Positions 26,346 through 44,529 of a stretch of 64,000 nucleotides of DNA are shown one piece after another. Under the pieces are notes generated by a model. It had not been told where the DNA came from, did not search any database, and was given only the letters and a program-made list of their open reading frames with translations. Numbering within the stretch: the first letter of the stretch is position 1; every line of letters starts with the position of its first letter. The position numbers and the translations under genes are program-made. Source of the DNA: the human T2T-CHM13v2.0 reference genome, Homo sapiens; the NCBI RefSeq assembly GCF_009914755.1, contig NC_060927.1; one strand, written 5' to 3'.

Positions 26346-26989
26346 ATTATATCTCAGATTTATAAATGAAAGACTGTGTTCTTTCTATGAGAATTTAACG
26401 CAGAGAAGAAGTTTCTATATTTTTATGATAAATTATTCTCCATCATTTTGGGAAAAAACAAAGACACTTAAATCCGTGGAAAGGAATTATGAAGTAAAAA
26501 GGAAAATTTATAAGTCAAAGACTTTTTATGCATTCAGCAGAGTTGACTGAATAAATAGAACATACAATACAGATTTGTTTACACAATCCACAGTAGAGTA
26601 AGTTTCAAGTGGATTCATTTACAACAGGCATTTTGCCTACTAATCTTTACAATCAGCTGAGTAGAGTAATTTAGAAGATATGATCTTCCTAAGGGATAAA
26701 GGGAGAAGGGGAGAAATGTTTTTGGATATATTTTAGAACTTATATTTTCCATTAAAATTACATAGAAAAATTGGGCAATTATAGGTTTGTAACTCTTGCA
26801 AATCTTGGACTTCCTTCAAACCATCAACTAGGTTACCACAAAATTAAATTCACTTGTTTCACAAAAGCACTCATTCCAATCAGTTGGAAAATGTAGAAAG
26901 GCTTGTTTCTTCTGGATTACCTTTATGCCACAAAGCAAACATAACCTATTGCTTTTGCTTGTTTTTCTTTGGTTTGATGTATATGAGGG

Positions 26990-27083
26990 AATAGAAAAGT
27001 TAAAAATGTTGAGTATGAAATTTTAGGTAAGATCTAAATAGAAAAGTTTAAAATATTTAGTATGAAATTTTAGATAAGAACTG
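26990..27083. repeat. 47-bp diverged tandem duplication
   Basis: aatagaaaagtt.aaaat.tt.agtatgaaattttag.taaga.ct x2, 6 mismatches. Confidence 0.85.
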
Positions 27084-27230
27084 ACATTGAAAAACTTAAA
27101 CATGTTTGTTGAATTATAAAGTGCCCTTTCAATTACATAAGATAGAATTTATTTATTAAATATAATTATAGTATTATACTATACATTTTAAATTCGATTT
27201 TTTGGGAAATGGCAATTCATTTACTATGTA

Positions 27231-27466
27231 CAGATTATCCTTGAACAATATGTGTTTGAACTGCATGGCTCCACTCAGACGTGAATTTTTTTCAACCAAA
27301 CACAGCTCCAAAGCACAGTATGCATGGAATGGGAAACCTATGTAAACAGAAGGTTGACTTTTCATATGCACAGGTTTCACAGGGCTGACAGTGAGGCTTG
27401 AGTATGGGAAGATGGTATACCTAGGGGTCTTGGAATCAATACCCCACTTATACTGAGGGAGGACTA
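27231..27466 (-). mobile_element. MER8 (Tigger2-derived MITE)
   Basis: Full-length ~236-bp match to the recalled MER8 consensus; degenerate TIRs; TA on both sides. Confidence 0.85.
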
Positions 27467-30242
27467 TACATGACTGGAATATTTGGTCAGCCATTACAGC
27501 TATTTTCCTGACTATTTTGTGTATAGCAGAGTTTCTTTCTTAGCAATGAAAATTTTTGTGGGCTGATTGACCTTAGGTAGTTAACTTTTAATCATCGCTC
27601 ATGATGATCCAGACACCATGCTAAACATGTTACATAAATTGCATTATGCATCATCTCAACAGATAGTTATAATACTATTCTTGTCTCCATTTTACAAAAG
27701 AATAAATTCAGACTTACAGGAGTTAAATAACTTACATAAGGAAATATATTTCAGCCAATAGGATTTGAATGTAAGGCTTCTGCATTAAAAGATGCATACA
27801 TCCTGTCCACAATGATATGGTCAATATTATTAAGAATATTAAATATATCTAATAGTTATGTCTAAGCCGCACTTAAAGTTTATCTTGTTTTTTGCCCTCA
27901 GTCTATTTTAAGACTATTTTTTAAGTTGTTTATCTTTACAATGCCACTTTTTTCTGTTCTCACCTTCATCGTCTTTGTTTACTGATAAATATTTCTTGTC
28001 TGGGTCAATGACTTTGTCTCCTACCTGGTCTCATTGCTTCTTTTCTCACGCTTCTTTAATAAATTTGGTATACTGTCAACAGAATCCATGTATGTAAACT
28101 CTTTATCCTTAGTTCAAAAACTTCTGTGTTTAGTATAACTATGGAATTCTTTAGGCCGCCTTATAAGACCCTTGATAACCATACCCTATTAGCTACCTTA
28201 TATATTCCATCTTTATACCATTCACTTTTTGTTTTATTTGAGTTCGTTTCCTCTCTTTATATAGAATTTTGTGATACTCATTTCCATGCTTACATCTATT
28301 TGCTCATTCTTCTCATTCTACCTTTCCATAGAAAAGGTCCAGTTAAAATGCCTCATCTCCAGGCTAAGAAGCTGATTCGAGCTACTCTACTTGATACTAA
28401 TTTTTACCTTGTTGAAACTCCAGGTGTTTATTAATATACCGCCAATGAGTTATTTAATCTCCGTGTCTAATATTATCTTATAAGTTGAGGTTTATACTCA
28501 TTATCTCTTCAGGGACTAGGTTTTATTCAACCTATACCCCCCTACTTCTCTATTAAATCCTGAATGAATAGTAACTACAACTTATTATACATTTATCAAA
28601 GTTATTCCACTTCAGAATAATCAAAGATGATTGTACTTGATAATGCAGTATTAGCCAAACAGTTCTTGCAATAACTGTTATTTTTATATTAATTCTGTAG
28701 TTTGTAAAAGTGCAAAAATGAAAATTACATATGCTTTCAAATTAAAATATGTAGTCAAACATGAGAGCTAAATATATTCATCAATATAGCAATTTGAGAC
28801 AAAAGTACTAAAATTGCAGGCTTCAACATAAAAGTGTATATTACAATTTGCAAATAACTCTAAATAGTCAGTTCTTGAATATGGTATTTCTTTGATAATG
28901 GATACAGTAAAATGTTATGTTAATTCCAGGTGTCTTTTGCAAGTGCTCTTTCAAAAAAAGCTGTATCAGAATATAATGTAGCAATGTTGACTGAATATAA
29001 AAAAATTGGTTGTATAAGTCAAAGAATATCAAGGGTCACTTATTTATTTTGTTAGTCATTTATCAGATACTTATTGAACACCTAATATTTGCAAAGTACG
29101 GTCTTAGAGTATGAAAATTTTAATACAAAGATAGTTTATTCTCACAAGTGCCCATACTCTGATGTTAAGATGGTCAAGGAATCAAACCACTGCAAAACAA
29201 TCAAATACTTGTGTAATAGCAGCACATGTGATATGCAACAGGAACAGAGAGGAGAGACAAGTTTGTGTATGTTGATAACGCATTTGTCTGGTCCAGTAGA
29301 TTATTTTAGCTCAGTGACTATAATATGTTCCAATTTATGGAAATTTGATATGCATATGTATAAAATTGATTAACTGGAGGGTTTGTTTTGCATAAAACAA
29401 GGCCTGCTAAGAATTTTTCTGCTATGTTTAAAATATTTACACATGGATGAACATGTGTAAAAAATGATTTACACAAAATTTTGTATGTGTACAGCTTTTG
29501 ATTAATGGAATGGATTTATAGCTTTATAATAGAAGACTGTCCTTATGGTTCCAGGTTTTCCAGTAGAAACACTTGTTATAGGTTCATGAAATGCTAGAAC
29601 TGCTTTTGCAGAAGAGCTCCTGCTTGCCATGAAAATTGGATTATCCAAGCACCAGCTTACAGATGATCTGCCTGGGTGAGAAATAGTCATTGGGAAACTC
29701 AGGCTCAGGCCAACAGCATTAATATATGGAATGGCTATATAGGGGGATTTGGTATGAGCCAAATCAAGGAACCGTATTCCAATCAGACCCATCACATCTG
29801 TAAAACTGACATGCCCTAGTCTCTGGTGATTACACAGCCACATAGAGCTATTGCAAGCAGGGCATTAGAAGTTCTGAATCTCGAGTGTCTGCTGTTGCTG
29901 CATATAGCATTTCACCCTTGAATGTGCCCTTGTAATCCATGAGAATCTGTCATATCCAAACCATGCTGAATCGATATAGGTATTCTACTTGTACTGGATA
30001 GAAGATGCTATTCCAGTTTTCTTCAATTCAATATTTACAGAGCATTCCAATGAAATGTTGATCAAAGTTTTGGCAAGCTATTTTAAAATATTAATGGAAA
30101 GGTGGTAAATAAACTATTTAGTTACATGAATAGTTGTTATTCAATATAAAACCCTAATTGCAATAAATAATACAAAATAAAACTCAAAATATCATTATGA
30201 AGTTCAGGCACTACAGCTGGACTGTAAAAATGGAGGGCCGCA

Positions 30243-30582
<340 letters not shown>

Positions 30583-31129
30583 CTACTTTTCAACCAATGG
30601 TTCAATGATACAAATAATCATTTAAACCTTGTATGATAAATACAAACACATATTATGTGAAAACTTACCCATGGAGAAGATGGATTCGATTAAAAAGCTT
30701 AGAAATTTTAAGTCATATTGTAGTATATTATCTTTACAATTTTGAAGACAGCAGATAGTGAATATTTTTTATGTCTGCTTTGCTGTTATTCTATAATATT
30801 CTCATGTAATTTTGACTAATAAGTGTACATTAACTATGTGTACAAGCAATGATACATTCATATTTGCACCTCTGCTTTGTCTGCAGTATTGTTCCAGTGA
30901 ATTAGCACACACAGAATACTTAGTATTAAGTAATTAACAATGGAATTGAGAAGAGATGCTTCTTTATATGAAATGATAAATAACAGGTATTAAGATGAGG
31001 ATGCATATGATAATTGCAATGGTAGGCTACAGAGGAAGAGATAAATGTGGTAATTATTACCAGGAATGTCTCATGTCACACACACACACAAACACACACA
31101 CACACGTATTTGTATAATGAAAAGATGTA

Positions 31130-31320
31130 CCAAAGTTTCAGCATAAGAATCAGAGACACCTGGCTTCGAGAGCCTGGCTTGCTTACGTATCATCTCTGTG
31201 ACCTTCAGCAACTGCCTGAGCTTTCATCTCCCTATTTGTAAAATGAGGACATTAATACTCACATCATTGGCTTTTTGTAAGACTTAAATAGAATAAATAT
31301 ATAAAACATCAATTTGTACT
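31130..31320 (+). mobile_element. MIR, preceded by (CA)n at ~31077-31105
   Basis: ctgtgtgaccttcagcaactgcctgagctttcatctccctatttgtaaaatgagga. Confidence 0.7.
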
Positions 31321-31924
31321 GGATGAAAATTGTGATTATTGTATTGATTGCCAGCATGATTAATAACTTTCTATAAAAATGTATGCTTTCCTTGCTTAGT
31401 AAAAATTGTATAGTTATAATTCAATAATTTTTACATTATTTTCCTGTCCTATTCAGCTACAGAAATGACACAAAATATATGACAGTGGGACATTCAAAAT
31501 TGTCAGATTGAAAAATAGATTGTAAATTTGTTGCTAAGGCAGCAGAATATAGGGTTGTCAAACTTTACTGAGGTGTCAGAGTATGTGATACTTTCAGCAG
31601 TGATGAGTGAGTTTCGTCAAAATGTTCAAATCACACATACAATTCATTCAATTGAATTGAATACGATTCAATTCTAGGTTGAAAGACGAATGTCTTACTT
31701 ATTTTTTACAGAAAATGAGGTGACCACATAAAACATTTTAATGAAATAAAAGTTGTGTAATACATTTTTATTTCTAAGTTTTGAATAAAGCAATATTAGT
31801 TTCACCTCTTACAAAAAAGAAATATGGTTAATATAATATAAAACAATTAGCTAAAACTGTATATGCCAATTAAATCTTACTAAAGACTGTTTTGTTATAG
31901 TATTTATAATCTGAATATCCTTAT

Positions 31925-32308
31925 TATATTAGTTCGTTCTTACACTGTTAGTAATATAAAGAACTGCCAGAGAATGGGTAATTTATAAAGAAAAAATGTT
32001 TAATTGACTCCCAGTCTGCATGGCTGGAGAGGTCTCAGAAAACTTACAATCATGGGGGAAGGCAAAGGAGAGGCAAGTACCTTCTTCACAAGGTGGCAGG
32101 AAAAATGAGAGTGAAGTGAAGACGGAAGAGCCCCTTATGCAACCTTCAGATCTCATGATAACTCACTCACCATCACAAGAACAGCATGAGGGAAACCACC
32201 TCCATGATCCTATCACCTCCCACCAGGCCCCTACCTTGACACGTGGGGATGATGGGGATTACAGTTTGAGATGAGATTTGGGTGAGGACACGGAGCCAAA
32301 CCATATCA
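31925..32308 (-). mobile_element. THE1D/MST-type MaLR solo LTR
   Basis: gggtaatttataaag...aaacttacaatcatgg...gagatttgggtgaggacacggagccaaaccatatca. Confidence 0.9.
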
Positions 32309-32474
32309 CTCACCAATTATTCTTTAAAAGTGTGATTCACTCCATCACTTCCCTAGATTGCAAAATAAGCATGGTGTTCCAAATATAATGGGTAACTAAT
32401 GATGAGAACTCGAATTATAGGTTAGAATGGACCTCTGTCTAACTTTTGGCTTTTTCCATATGGCCTTGAGCAAA

Positions 32475-33025
32475 TGTTCCAGTTACTCAGTGCTACATAA
32501 AAAAACACCCCCAAATTTAATGACTTAAGACAACACTGATCATCTATTTTGCTCACAAATCTGTAATGTGAGCCAGGATTGGCAAGGGCAGCTCATCTCT
32601 GCCCCATGCAGCATCAGCTGGATTGGCAGGAGTGGGGACTGGAGGATCTACATTCTAGATGGGTCCCTCACTTGTCCGGCAAATTGGTGCTGGTTTTCAA
32701 CCACGAGCTCAGCCAGAGCTATGAGCAAAGAACCTAAATTCTCCGCGTGGCCATCTCCATGGCTGCTTGGTCTTCCTCCTGCCACATGGGTAGTTTCTAA
32801 AAGTAAGCATCCTGAAGAATCAGACGAAAGCTCTATTACCTTTTATGACCTAGCCTAGGAAATCATATAAAGTCACTTCTACTATAGTCACAAGCACACT
32901 GATTTCAAGAGAAGAGAACGGAGGCCTAACAGTTTTGTGCAATGAGTGTCTATAAGAAATTGTCAAAAGAACATATGTTTTGAAAAATATTGTTGGGGCA
33001 TTTTTTTGGAAAACAATCTGCCACA
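32475..33025 (-). mobile_element. MLT1 (G/H-like) solo LTR inserted in a MIR
   Basis: tgttccagttactcagtgctacataaaaaaacacccccaaatttaatgacttaa ... ggaaaacaatctgccaca; MIR sequence on both sides. Confidence 0.75.
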
Positions 33026-33166
33026 GTACATTATTTAATATTACTTAGCTTCAGGTTCCTCATCTTAATAATAAAATGGTAGACACCCTTCTGATCATTT
33101 TATACATATGACATTTATTAATCCCTCACAACCACCCCTGAGTTAAGTTCTATCTTTTATTCCCAT

Positions 33167-33525
33167 TGTCTTAGTCAGTTTGGGCTTCTGTAACAAAATA
33201 TCATAGACTGTGTGGCTTAAACAGCAGAGATGTTTTTCTCACAGTTCATAAGGCTGAAAGTCCAAGATCAAGGCACCAGAAGATCTGGTGTCTGGTGAGT
33301 ACCCTCTTCCTTATTTGCAGATGGCTATCTTCTGCTGTCCTCACATGTAAGAGGGCAGAGAGGTCTGGTTTCTTCATTCCCTTATAAGGGCACTAATCCC
33401 ATTTAGACTTCCATCCTCATGAGCTAATCACTTCCCAAAGTCCCCATCTTCAAATATGATTGCATTGGGGATTTCAGGCTTCAACATCAAAATTTGGGGG
33501 GCATACACACACTCAGTCAATAACA
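33167..33525 (-). mobile_element. MLT1A/MLT1A0 solo LTR inserted in a MIR
   Basis: tgtcttagtcagtttgggct...aagtccaagatcaaggcacca...ataaca; 5-bp TSD cccat/cctat. Confidence 0.88.
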
Positions 33526-35714
33526 CCTATTCTACAGAAGTGAAAACTGATGCACATGAAAATAAGTCGCCTTAAATGACAGAGCGAGTAAACTAAAGAA
33601 ACAGAACTCAAACCCATGTGATCTAGTTTCAAAGGCCACATTCTTTATTTACTTTGTAGTTAATTTTTGTAAGAATAACCAAAATATTATATGCAAAGTG
33701 CTTATCAAAGTGCCTGGCTCATTCTGAATGTTCAATAATTATAAATGGTTTTGTTGTAGTTATTATTACTAATATATCTTATAGTAAGTTACTGGATGTA
33801 TTCTTTTTGAAGACATTTTTCTTTATCCATAAAAGCAAATTCAGTCTGACTTAAAGAGTATGCAATAAAGAAATATTGAAAGAAAAGATGACAAACTGTC
33901 ATAACTAGATGGTCTACACAAAATAGTGAAACAAGAATAAGAATCTCTGACTAGGGGATAAAAATACTAAATAGTATTTCATTTCAGGATACTTGGGAAT
34001 CTGATTATAGATTCACTGAGCACATTTTTTAAAACCAAATATGAAGAAAGTAATATTAATGTGGGATTAAGTATGGTTGACTAAAACATATCTGGGAATA
34101 TAACATTAAGTAAAAATCATGTTAGAAGATAAATGTTGGAACATTTAAAGGGTGATCAATATTTATAGAAACAACATAGTAGCTTCTATGTTGTATGAGT
34201 ATTATTACCAGATTATATTCAAAATGGTAATAAAAATTTAGCCTAATCCTAAAAACTGTTGATGTAAGTCTTTTGGTCTACATACCTTATCTTAACTTCC
34301 AGAACAGAAATGCTTACCTTATTCTCACACTAGAAACAGCTTTAGAATTTTAACTTTGCTTGTCACTACCCTCAGACTACTAAACTGTTTCTGACTCTTT
34401 TCCAAATAATGCTGTAACCTTGACACTTGTCCATCCCTTGAGTGTATGTGCTTTTTTTCAAATCATCTTTAACATATAAATTATAAATCTATGAATGAGA
34501 AAAGATGATAAAAGATAAATTGAAATATAATACATTCACTTTATGCTTATTAATGGCAACTTACCTGAGTTTGCCAGTATGGAAATATATATTCATTTCA
34601 GGATATTCAGGAATATGGTGTTAGTTTTCCTGTGTGTGTGTATATAACCCCTGTTTCTAAGTTCATGTGTCAAAATAGCCACATCAAGAAACAAACTAAC
34701 TGAAAACAACAGTATATGATTTCTATGTTGATGTCCTCTTCTCTACATAACCAGAAGTTTAAAAACCGGACTGCTTGTCTGATACCTGGGTGCTGGTCTT
34801 GGCCTAGTTCTTAAGTCTTTGGCATGTTAAATAGAATAGAATCCACATGTGTGCATTTGGGAGTAAGCCCAAGAGTTCATAAACAAGTTTATGGATTGCT
34901 TTTCTAAGCTTCTCTGTCTCTCCATGTTCTCCGGGTAGTTTCTGGTTTCCTGTGGTTTCTCTTTAAGATCCCTTGGCAAGAAGGCTGAGGCTTTATTTCC
35001 TCCACTGTGCTGTGCCCTTCTGCAACTACATTCACTTCCAGGGCCATGTGAGAGGAGGACAGAGAGAAAAAGAAACATAATGGAGGTTGACCCAACCCTC
35101 TTGGAACCACAGCTTCAGTGAACAAACAAGAAAATTTACTTTCTTAAGAATTTCAGCTCCTGTGTTTCCCATTTCTGGCCACCACCACCACCATCACCAT
35201 GTGATTGCTTGAGGACTGGGCAAGAGTTAAGCAAGAAAAGAAAAAACGGGTGGGGAATTGCCACATTCTCTCTGAGCATTATGAGTTCTGATTCCCACTC
35301 CTAAAGCTAAAATGAGCAGGCTTGTCCTGGAGCTGTCTATGGCCTGGTGTCCACTTCCAAGTTTCCAGTTCATTCAGGGCAGGAGAGGGTTGAGTGGGAA
35401 TTAGAAAGATGAATGAGAACAATGGTAAACTTATCATCAGCCCAGCGATACTTCACATTTTGTCTTCTCCAATGTGCCTACTTCTACTTTGAGTCCTCAA
35501 ATTGCTGCTTTGTGTATTCTTCCTAGATTTTACAGTTAAGCGGGAGAAAGAGGATGCCATGTGCTTACTCTATCCTTTCTGGAACAAGAGCATTTTACTC
35601 TTATTCTTTGGGATGATATTGATGTAACTTGCAGTATATTTATGTAGGTCTAATGGTTTTTCTATTTGTTTATTCAACGGGAAGTTCATTAAAGCATTTT
35701 TCTGATGACAGTAA

Positions 35715-36116
<402 letters not shown>

Positions 36117-36212
36117 TCATGTATTCTTTACAGTAGCCATCCTCTGAAGAAAGTTGGATTGAATATTTTGAAGCACAATACTATTGCTATACGCCCAACA
36201 GAAAAGCGTGGA

Positions 36213-36510
36213 GTGCCACTGCACTCCAGCCTAGGCAACAAGAGCGAAACTTTGTCTCAAAAAAAAAAAAAAAAAAGAAAAGAAAATTAGTGGTATTTCA
36301 ATCACTGTATTCATATTTAGTTTGCCTTTAATATATATCTTTCTCTAAAAATTTACTTTGATTTTTGCCATATGTATAATATTTTCATTGTTATTTTAAG
36401 CAATCACATAAAGTTTCTCAAATTATAAGCGTATTTTGAAATAAAAATTTCAAAACATATTTCAGAAATGAGGATATGTTTGTAATTTGATTATTCTTAA
36501 CTGAATATAC
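36213..36510 (+). repeat. Duplicated segment, copy 1 (Alu 3' tip + A tail + ~220 bp unique flank)
   Basis: Direct repeat of 37343-37627. Confidence 0.95.
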
Positions 36511-37239
36511 AAGCTTATTATTTATAGACTTGGATTTGGTGAATTTGAGAATTTCACTGGATGCTATGAGGTTATTCAGAAGAAACAACATATGTGTGTT
36601 TATTCACCCTTAAGTTTTGCAGTTTTCTTATGTTTAAATTCCTTAATCTTCTCTGCTTTTGCTAGTAACTTGACAACAATATTTATTGTACAGCAGCATC
36701 TAGAAAACATAAATGATACTGTTTTTGCCAGTTTCTTAAAGTTCTTTCAAGAATGCTATTATTTTGAGAAATGATGCAGATCATATATTTTACTGATAAG
36801 TCATGCAGGTTTATCTAAACTTACAGGCTATTGAACACCATGAGGGAAAAGCAGTCGATTATATTAATATCAGTTCCTGACACACAAGACGCAATTCAAT
36901 ATTTAATCAAACAATGAGAACCACACAGCATGATATGCTAGCTAGGATTTCTCATGTTATTTTTTTGTCTTCCAGTTCTCTGATAATAAGGATAAGCCTA
37001 AAAACACTGCTAACAATATATAGTCTAACCACTCAATTTTGAAAGTATGAGTAGAACAGATTATTCATTTCTTATTTTTTGTTTTATTAGAGACATACTT
37101 TGTGTGTGTGTGTATGTGACTGAAAGTCACAGGCTTCAGCTGTGTTTCAATCAATACTTCAATATTCTGATTTCAATTTTCTGTGGATAATGAAATTTCA
37201 AACATCTATAAGAGAAATTGTTGTATAAGATAATTAGTG

Positions 37240-37403
37240 TAGCCAGGCATCATGGCAGGCATCTGTAATTCCAGCTACTCAGGAGGCTGAGGCAGGAGAA
37301 TTGCTTGAACCCGGGAGGCGGAGGTTGCAGTGAGCTGAGATCATGTCACTGCACTTCAGTCTGGGCAACAAGAGCAAACTTTGTCTCAAAAAAAAAAAAA
37401 AAA
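37240..37403 (+). mobile_element. Right-arm-only Alu (AluSp/Sq-like)
   Basis: Starts at tagccaggc; ggcaacaagagc diagnostic; TSD aagataattagtg / tagaaaattagtg. Confidence 0.92.
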
Positions 37404-37627
37404 TAGAAAATTAGTGATATTTCAATCACTGTATCCATATTTAGTTTGCCTTTAATATATGTCTTCTCTAAAAATTGACTTTTGCCATATGTATGACATT
37501 TTCATTGTTATTTTAAGCAATCATGTAAAGTTTCTGAAATTATAAACATATTTTGAAATAAAAATTTCAAAACATATTTCAGAAATAAGGATATGTTTGT
37601 AATTTGATTATTCTTAACTGAATATAC
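37343..37627 (+). repeat. Duplicated segment, copy 2 (likely donor)
   Basis: Direct repeat of 36213-36510; embedded in an Alu that retains both TSDs. Confidence 0.95.
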
Positions 37628-37826
37628 TTCCTCCAATTATATGATCTGAAATTTAGGAAGGTAAAAGCTTTTTGTTAAACATAGTTTATTGAACATATTA
37701 GTTTACCTGTATGCCTTTTTGACAATTCACTAACAGGAATAAGGGTATATGGAATGTTTACTCTAACAAGAAGAAAGCAAAAGAGAAAGGGAAAAGAAAC
37801 TACATCAGGTGAGAAAAGTCAATGTC

Positions 37827-38241
37827 TGTATTAGGTCATTTCTTTATTGCTATAAAGAAGTACCTGAGATGGGTAATTTCTAAAGAAAAGAGTTTTAATT
37901 GGCTCATGATTCTTCTGGCAGTACAAGCATGGCTCCAGCATCTGCTTCTGGTGAGGGGCTCAGGAAGCTTCTAATTATGGTAGAAGGAGAAGCGGAGCCT
38001 GTACATCACATGGTGTGAGCAGGAGCAAGGGGTGGGGAGGTTGTGGTCCTAGACTTTTAAACAACCTTATCTCGCATGAACTAACTGAGCAAGAACTCAC
38101 TTATAAACAGGGGATGCTTCTAAACCATTCATGAGGAATCCACCTCCATGATCCCGTCATCTCCCACCAGGCCCCACCTCCAACATTGAGAATCACATTT
38201 CAACATGAGATTTCAAGAAGACAAATATCCAAACCACATCA
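37827..38241 (-). mobile_element. MSTA solo LTR
   Basis: TG...CA ends; aagcatggctccagcatctgcttctggtgagg and taaaccattcatgagg are MST-type; perfect 5-bp TSD atgtc. Confidence 0.93.
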
Positions 38242-38299
38242 ATGTCAACAAATTTCAGAAAATGAAAATCAAGTGGAGGATCAATAACTCATGTAGCAA

Positions 38300-39510
38300 T
38301 GGAAATTAGTATGACTACTTCAGGGGGATAGGCCCCTTTCATCTCATGCTTTTCTTTTGGGCATATAGCAAGCAGTGGAATTGTTATATCAAATGGTAGG
38401 CCTATGTTCCTACCTATAGTAAGTACTGCCAAACAGTTCTCTAAAGTGGTAGCACGAACTTAAACTCCTCCAGTGATATTTTAGAGTTCGTATTGCTCCA
38501 TATTCTCAGAAACATTTGGTATTGTGTGTTTATTTCATCTAAGTATTCTGGTACAGGTGGTAGTATTACACTGCACTTTAAAATAAGTTATTTAAATATG
38601 TATTTGAGAAACTAGATATAGTAGATAGGAAAAGGACATTATAGAAGACAATGAAATATGAAGACAAAAATAAGAATTTAGGATGACTCAAGCAGTCTGA
38701 TTTTTACTTTTGGTCAAGATGGAGTAACTTCTACTATCTGAGATAAGAAAACTCATTTAAAATATGTGGAAAAAAACATATTTAAGACATGAGACATCAG
38801 ATAACCAAGAGATAGTAATTAAAAGAGGAAAGCCCTACAATTTCCCCAACTTACTATTTAGGGTAAATTTTTAGGCCCTGGCACAGGAGAAAGGACCCTG
38901 ATAAAACCTTATAAACTCCTTAATGCACTATTAATCGAGAAGACAGATCTGAGAGTTCAGGGAAATCAAGGTAGCAAGATTTCACAATGTCAGTATGACA
39001 GAGAAAAGGGCTTTCCAAAAGACAACTCCAGAGAGGTGCAGAGGTTCTCTGTGAGTGCTCACTTAAATTTTACTAATAAAAAAAATTCAACAAAGAAGAT
39101 AAAACAGATGGTAAAAAGTATGTCACTTTTCTAAAAGAACATAGGAAAAGAGGAAAATAACAAAGACATGGGACAAATGCAAAGCAAATAGCAAGGTAGA
39201 ATTAAACCTAAGAATATCAATAATCACATTAAATATAAATGATCTAAATACCCCAATTAAATGGCATAGATTGTCAAATAGTAGTTTTTTACAAGACCGA
39301 GGTATGTGCTGCTTCCAAGAAACATACTTTAAATATAAAAATGAAAATACCCTAAAATGAAGAGGTATAAGAAAACTTCTGGGATTGACAGATATATTCG
39401 CTATCTTGATTGTGCCAAGTTTTCACAGTTGTGTAGATATATCACAATATCCAATCATATGCTTTATTTGAAGTTTTGTGTATGCCAATTATACTTCAGT
39501 AAAACTGTGA
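38300..39510. mobile_element. Patchwork of ancient L1M (L1MC/MD/ME-type) fragments
   Basis: gtggaattgttatatcaaatggtagg (antisense ORF2 end); atcacattaaatataaatgatctaaataccccaattaaa (ORF2 start 'TLNVNGLN'-like); tatcttgattgtg 3' end motif. Confidence 0.55.
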
Positions 39511-39766
39511 GAAAATAATATGGTCCATGTAGGGAGTGGCAAGAAGTATAAAATTTCTGTAGCAGTGGAAGGTGATTTTGGAAAAATAGATGTGAGTCCA
39601 TCTCTGAAGGAAATTAAATGCTAATCTTAGTTTGGACTTTATTCTAGAAACCAGGTATTGTCATATTTTTTTCTGTGAAAAGCCATAGAGTATGTACTTT
39701 AGACTTTGAAGTCTGAGTCAAAAATCTAGAATATCATATACTTATATAATCATTTAAAAATATAAA

Positions 39767-42555
<2,789 letters not shown>

Positions 42556-42811
42556 GTCTGTACAAATCTGTGCAGTGGTCTGGTTTTGCAAAAAGGCTAA
42601 ACTCTTACAATAGACAATAGAGAATAGCATAGCCATATCTACTATTTAGAAATGTAACTTGCAGAAACTGTGGAGTGGATATGAGCAGGGAGAAAGCAGA
42701 GAAAGGCAGACCTGAGATGAATGCACTATTCCAAAAGATGTAGTGATTTAAATAATAAATCTTTATTATTATGGGGGAAAACTTAAAAGTAGAAATTAAA
42801 AAGGTAATGCA

Positions 42812-43152
<341 letters not shown>

Positions 43153-43528
43153 CTAAAGGAAAAAATAATAGAAACCACTTTGTTAGATAACCTGTAACTT
43201 TCCTACATGATTCTGTAGAATATAGACATATGTTGGACAACATTCTTATCTCCACTCGCTTGTTTCTTGAAAGCAAGAAGTTTATACATCCTATAATATA
43301 AACAGAAAAATAAGGAAGTAGTAGAGAAGGAAAGAATATATAAGAAAGAAATTTAAAAGTTCTCAAGACATGAGTACTGATACCCCATTTATAACCCAAT
43401 TCTAACAAAACCTAAGACCACTAATTGAATAGATACACAGAATACTTGTGCAATTATCTCATGTTCGGTATTAGCATTCACCATTTATTTACCATCATTC
43501 CATTTTTACAGTGTTTATAAAAACTAAA

Positions 43529-43840
43529 GGCTGGGTGCGGTGGCTCATGCCTGTAATCCCAGCACTTTGGGAGGCCGACGCAGGTGGATCACTTGAGGTC
43601 AGGAGTTCAAGACCAGCCTGCCAACATGGTGAAACCCGATCTCTACTGAAATACAAAAATTAGGCAGATATGGTGGTGGGTGCCTATAATCCCAGCTAGT
43701 CAGGAGGCTGAGGCAGGAGAATTGCTTGATCTGGGTGCAGAAGTTTCAGTGAGCCGAGATCGCACCACTGCACTCCAGCCTGGACAACAGAGCCAGACCC
43801 CTTCTCAAAAAAAAAAAAAAACCAACCAACAAACAAAAAC
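43529..43840 (+). mobile_element. AluSx/Sz
   Basis: ggatcacttgaggtcaggagttcaagaccagcctg; A/CAAA tail. Confidence 0.95.
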
Positions 43841-44529
43841 CCTAAAACCTAAATATGCCTGAAATACGGTAGATATTGTGCATACTGTGATATGTGATAT
43901 TGAGGCCCATCTCTGGCTTGTGGCAGTTACATAAAGCTGAGATAACACTCGACACAATAGTTGTAATCTAATATGATATGATCTGAGAGTTATATGCTGT
44001 ATACTATTAATGTGTGCTATATAAGAGAATGTGAGTGCCTCAATAATAATTTTCTAACAACAGAATTCTTTATTTTTAAATGAAATATTATACTAAATGT
44101 TAATATTGAAATAGAGAAATATTGAAGTAACCCAAATATATTTTATGGGTTCAAAATTTTTAGGATTTCAAAGGCAAGTTGATGTACAAAAACATTTGAA
44201 ATCAGGGATAGTTGAAAGTTGCAGCTCCTATATCCAATTTATATATGTATTTTTTGCATTAGGAGTAATATCCAAGTTCACATTAATAATAATTTCAAAT
44301 GGAAACTTGTTAATAACTAGGTCATCTTGCAATATTAGAATAATCATTTTTCAGACACAGTTAAATCACTTTCAAGATATTTACTATCTGTTTTCATCCC
44401 TAACCTATAACACATTAAGCAGAAAACATATAAATCTATAGAAAGATGAATTGTGCCATTACCAGACCATGCATTAAGTAGATATGCATAATCTTCTACA
44501 GGAATTTAATTAGCAGAGTACTCACACAC

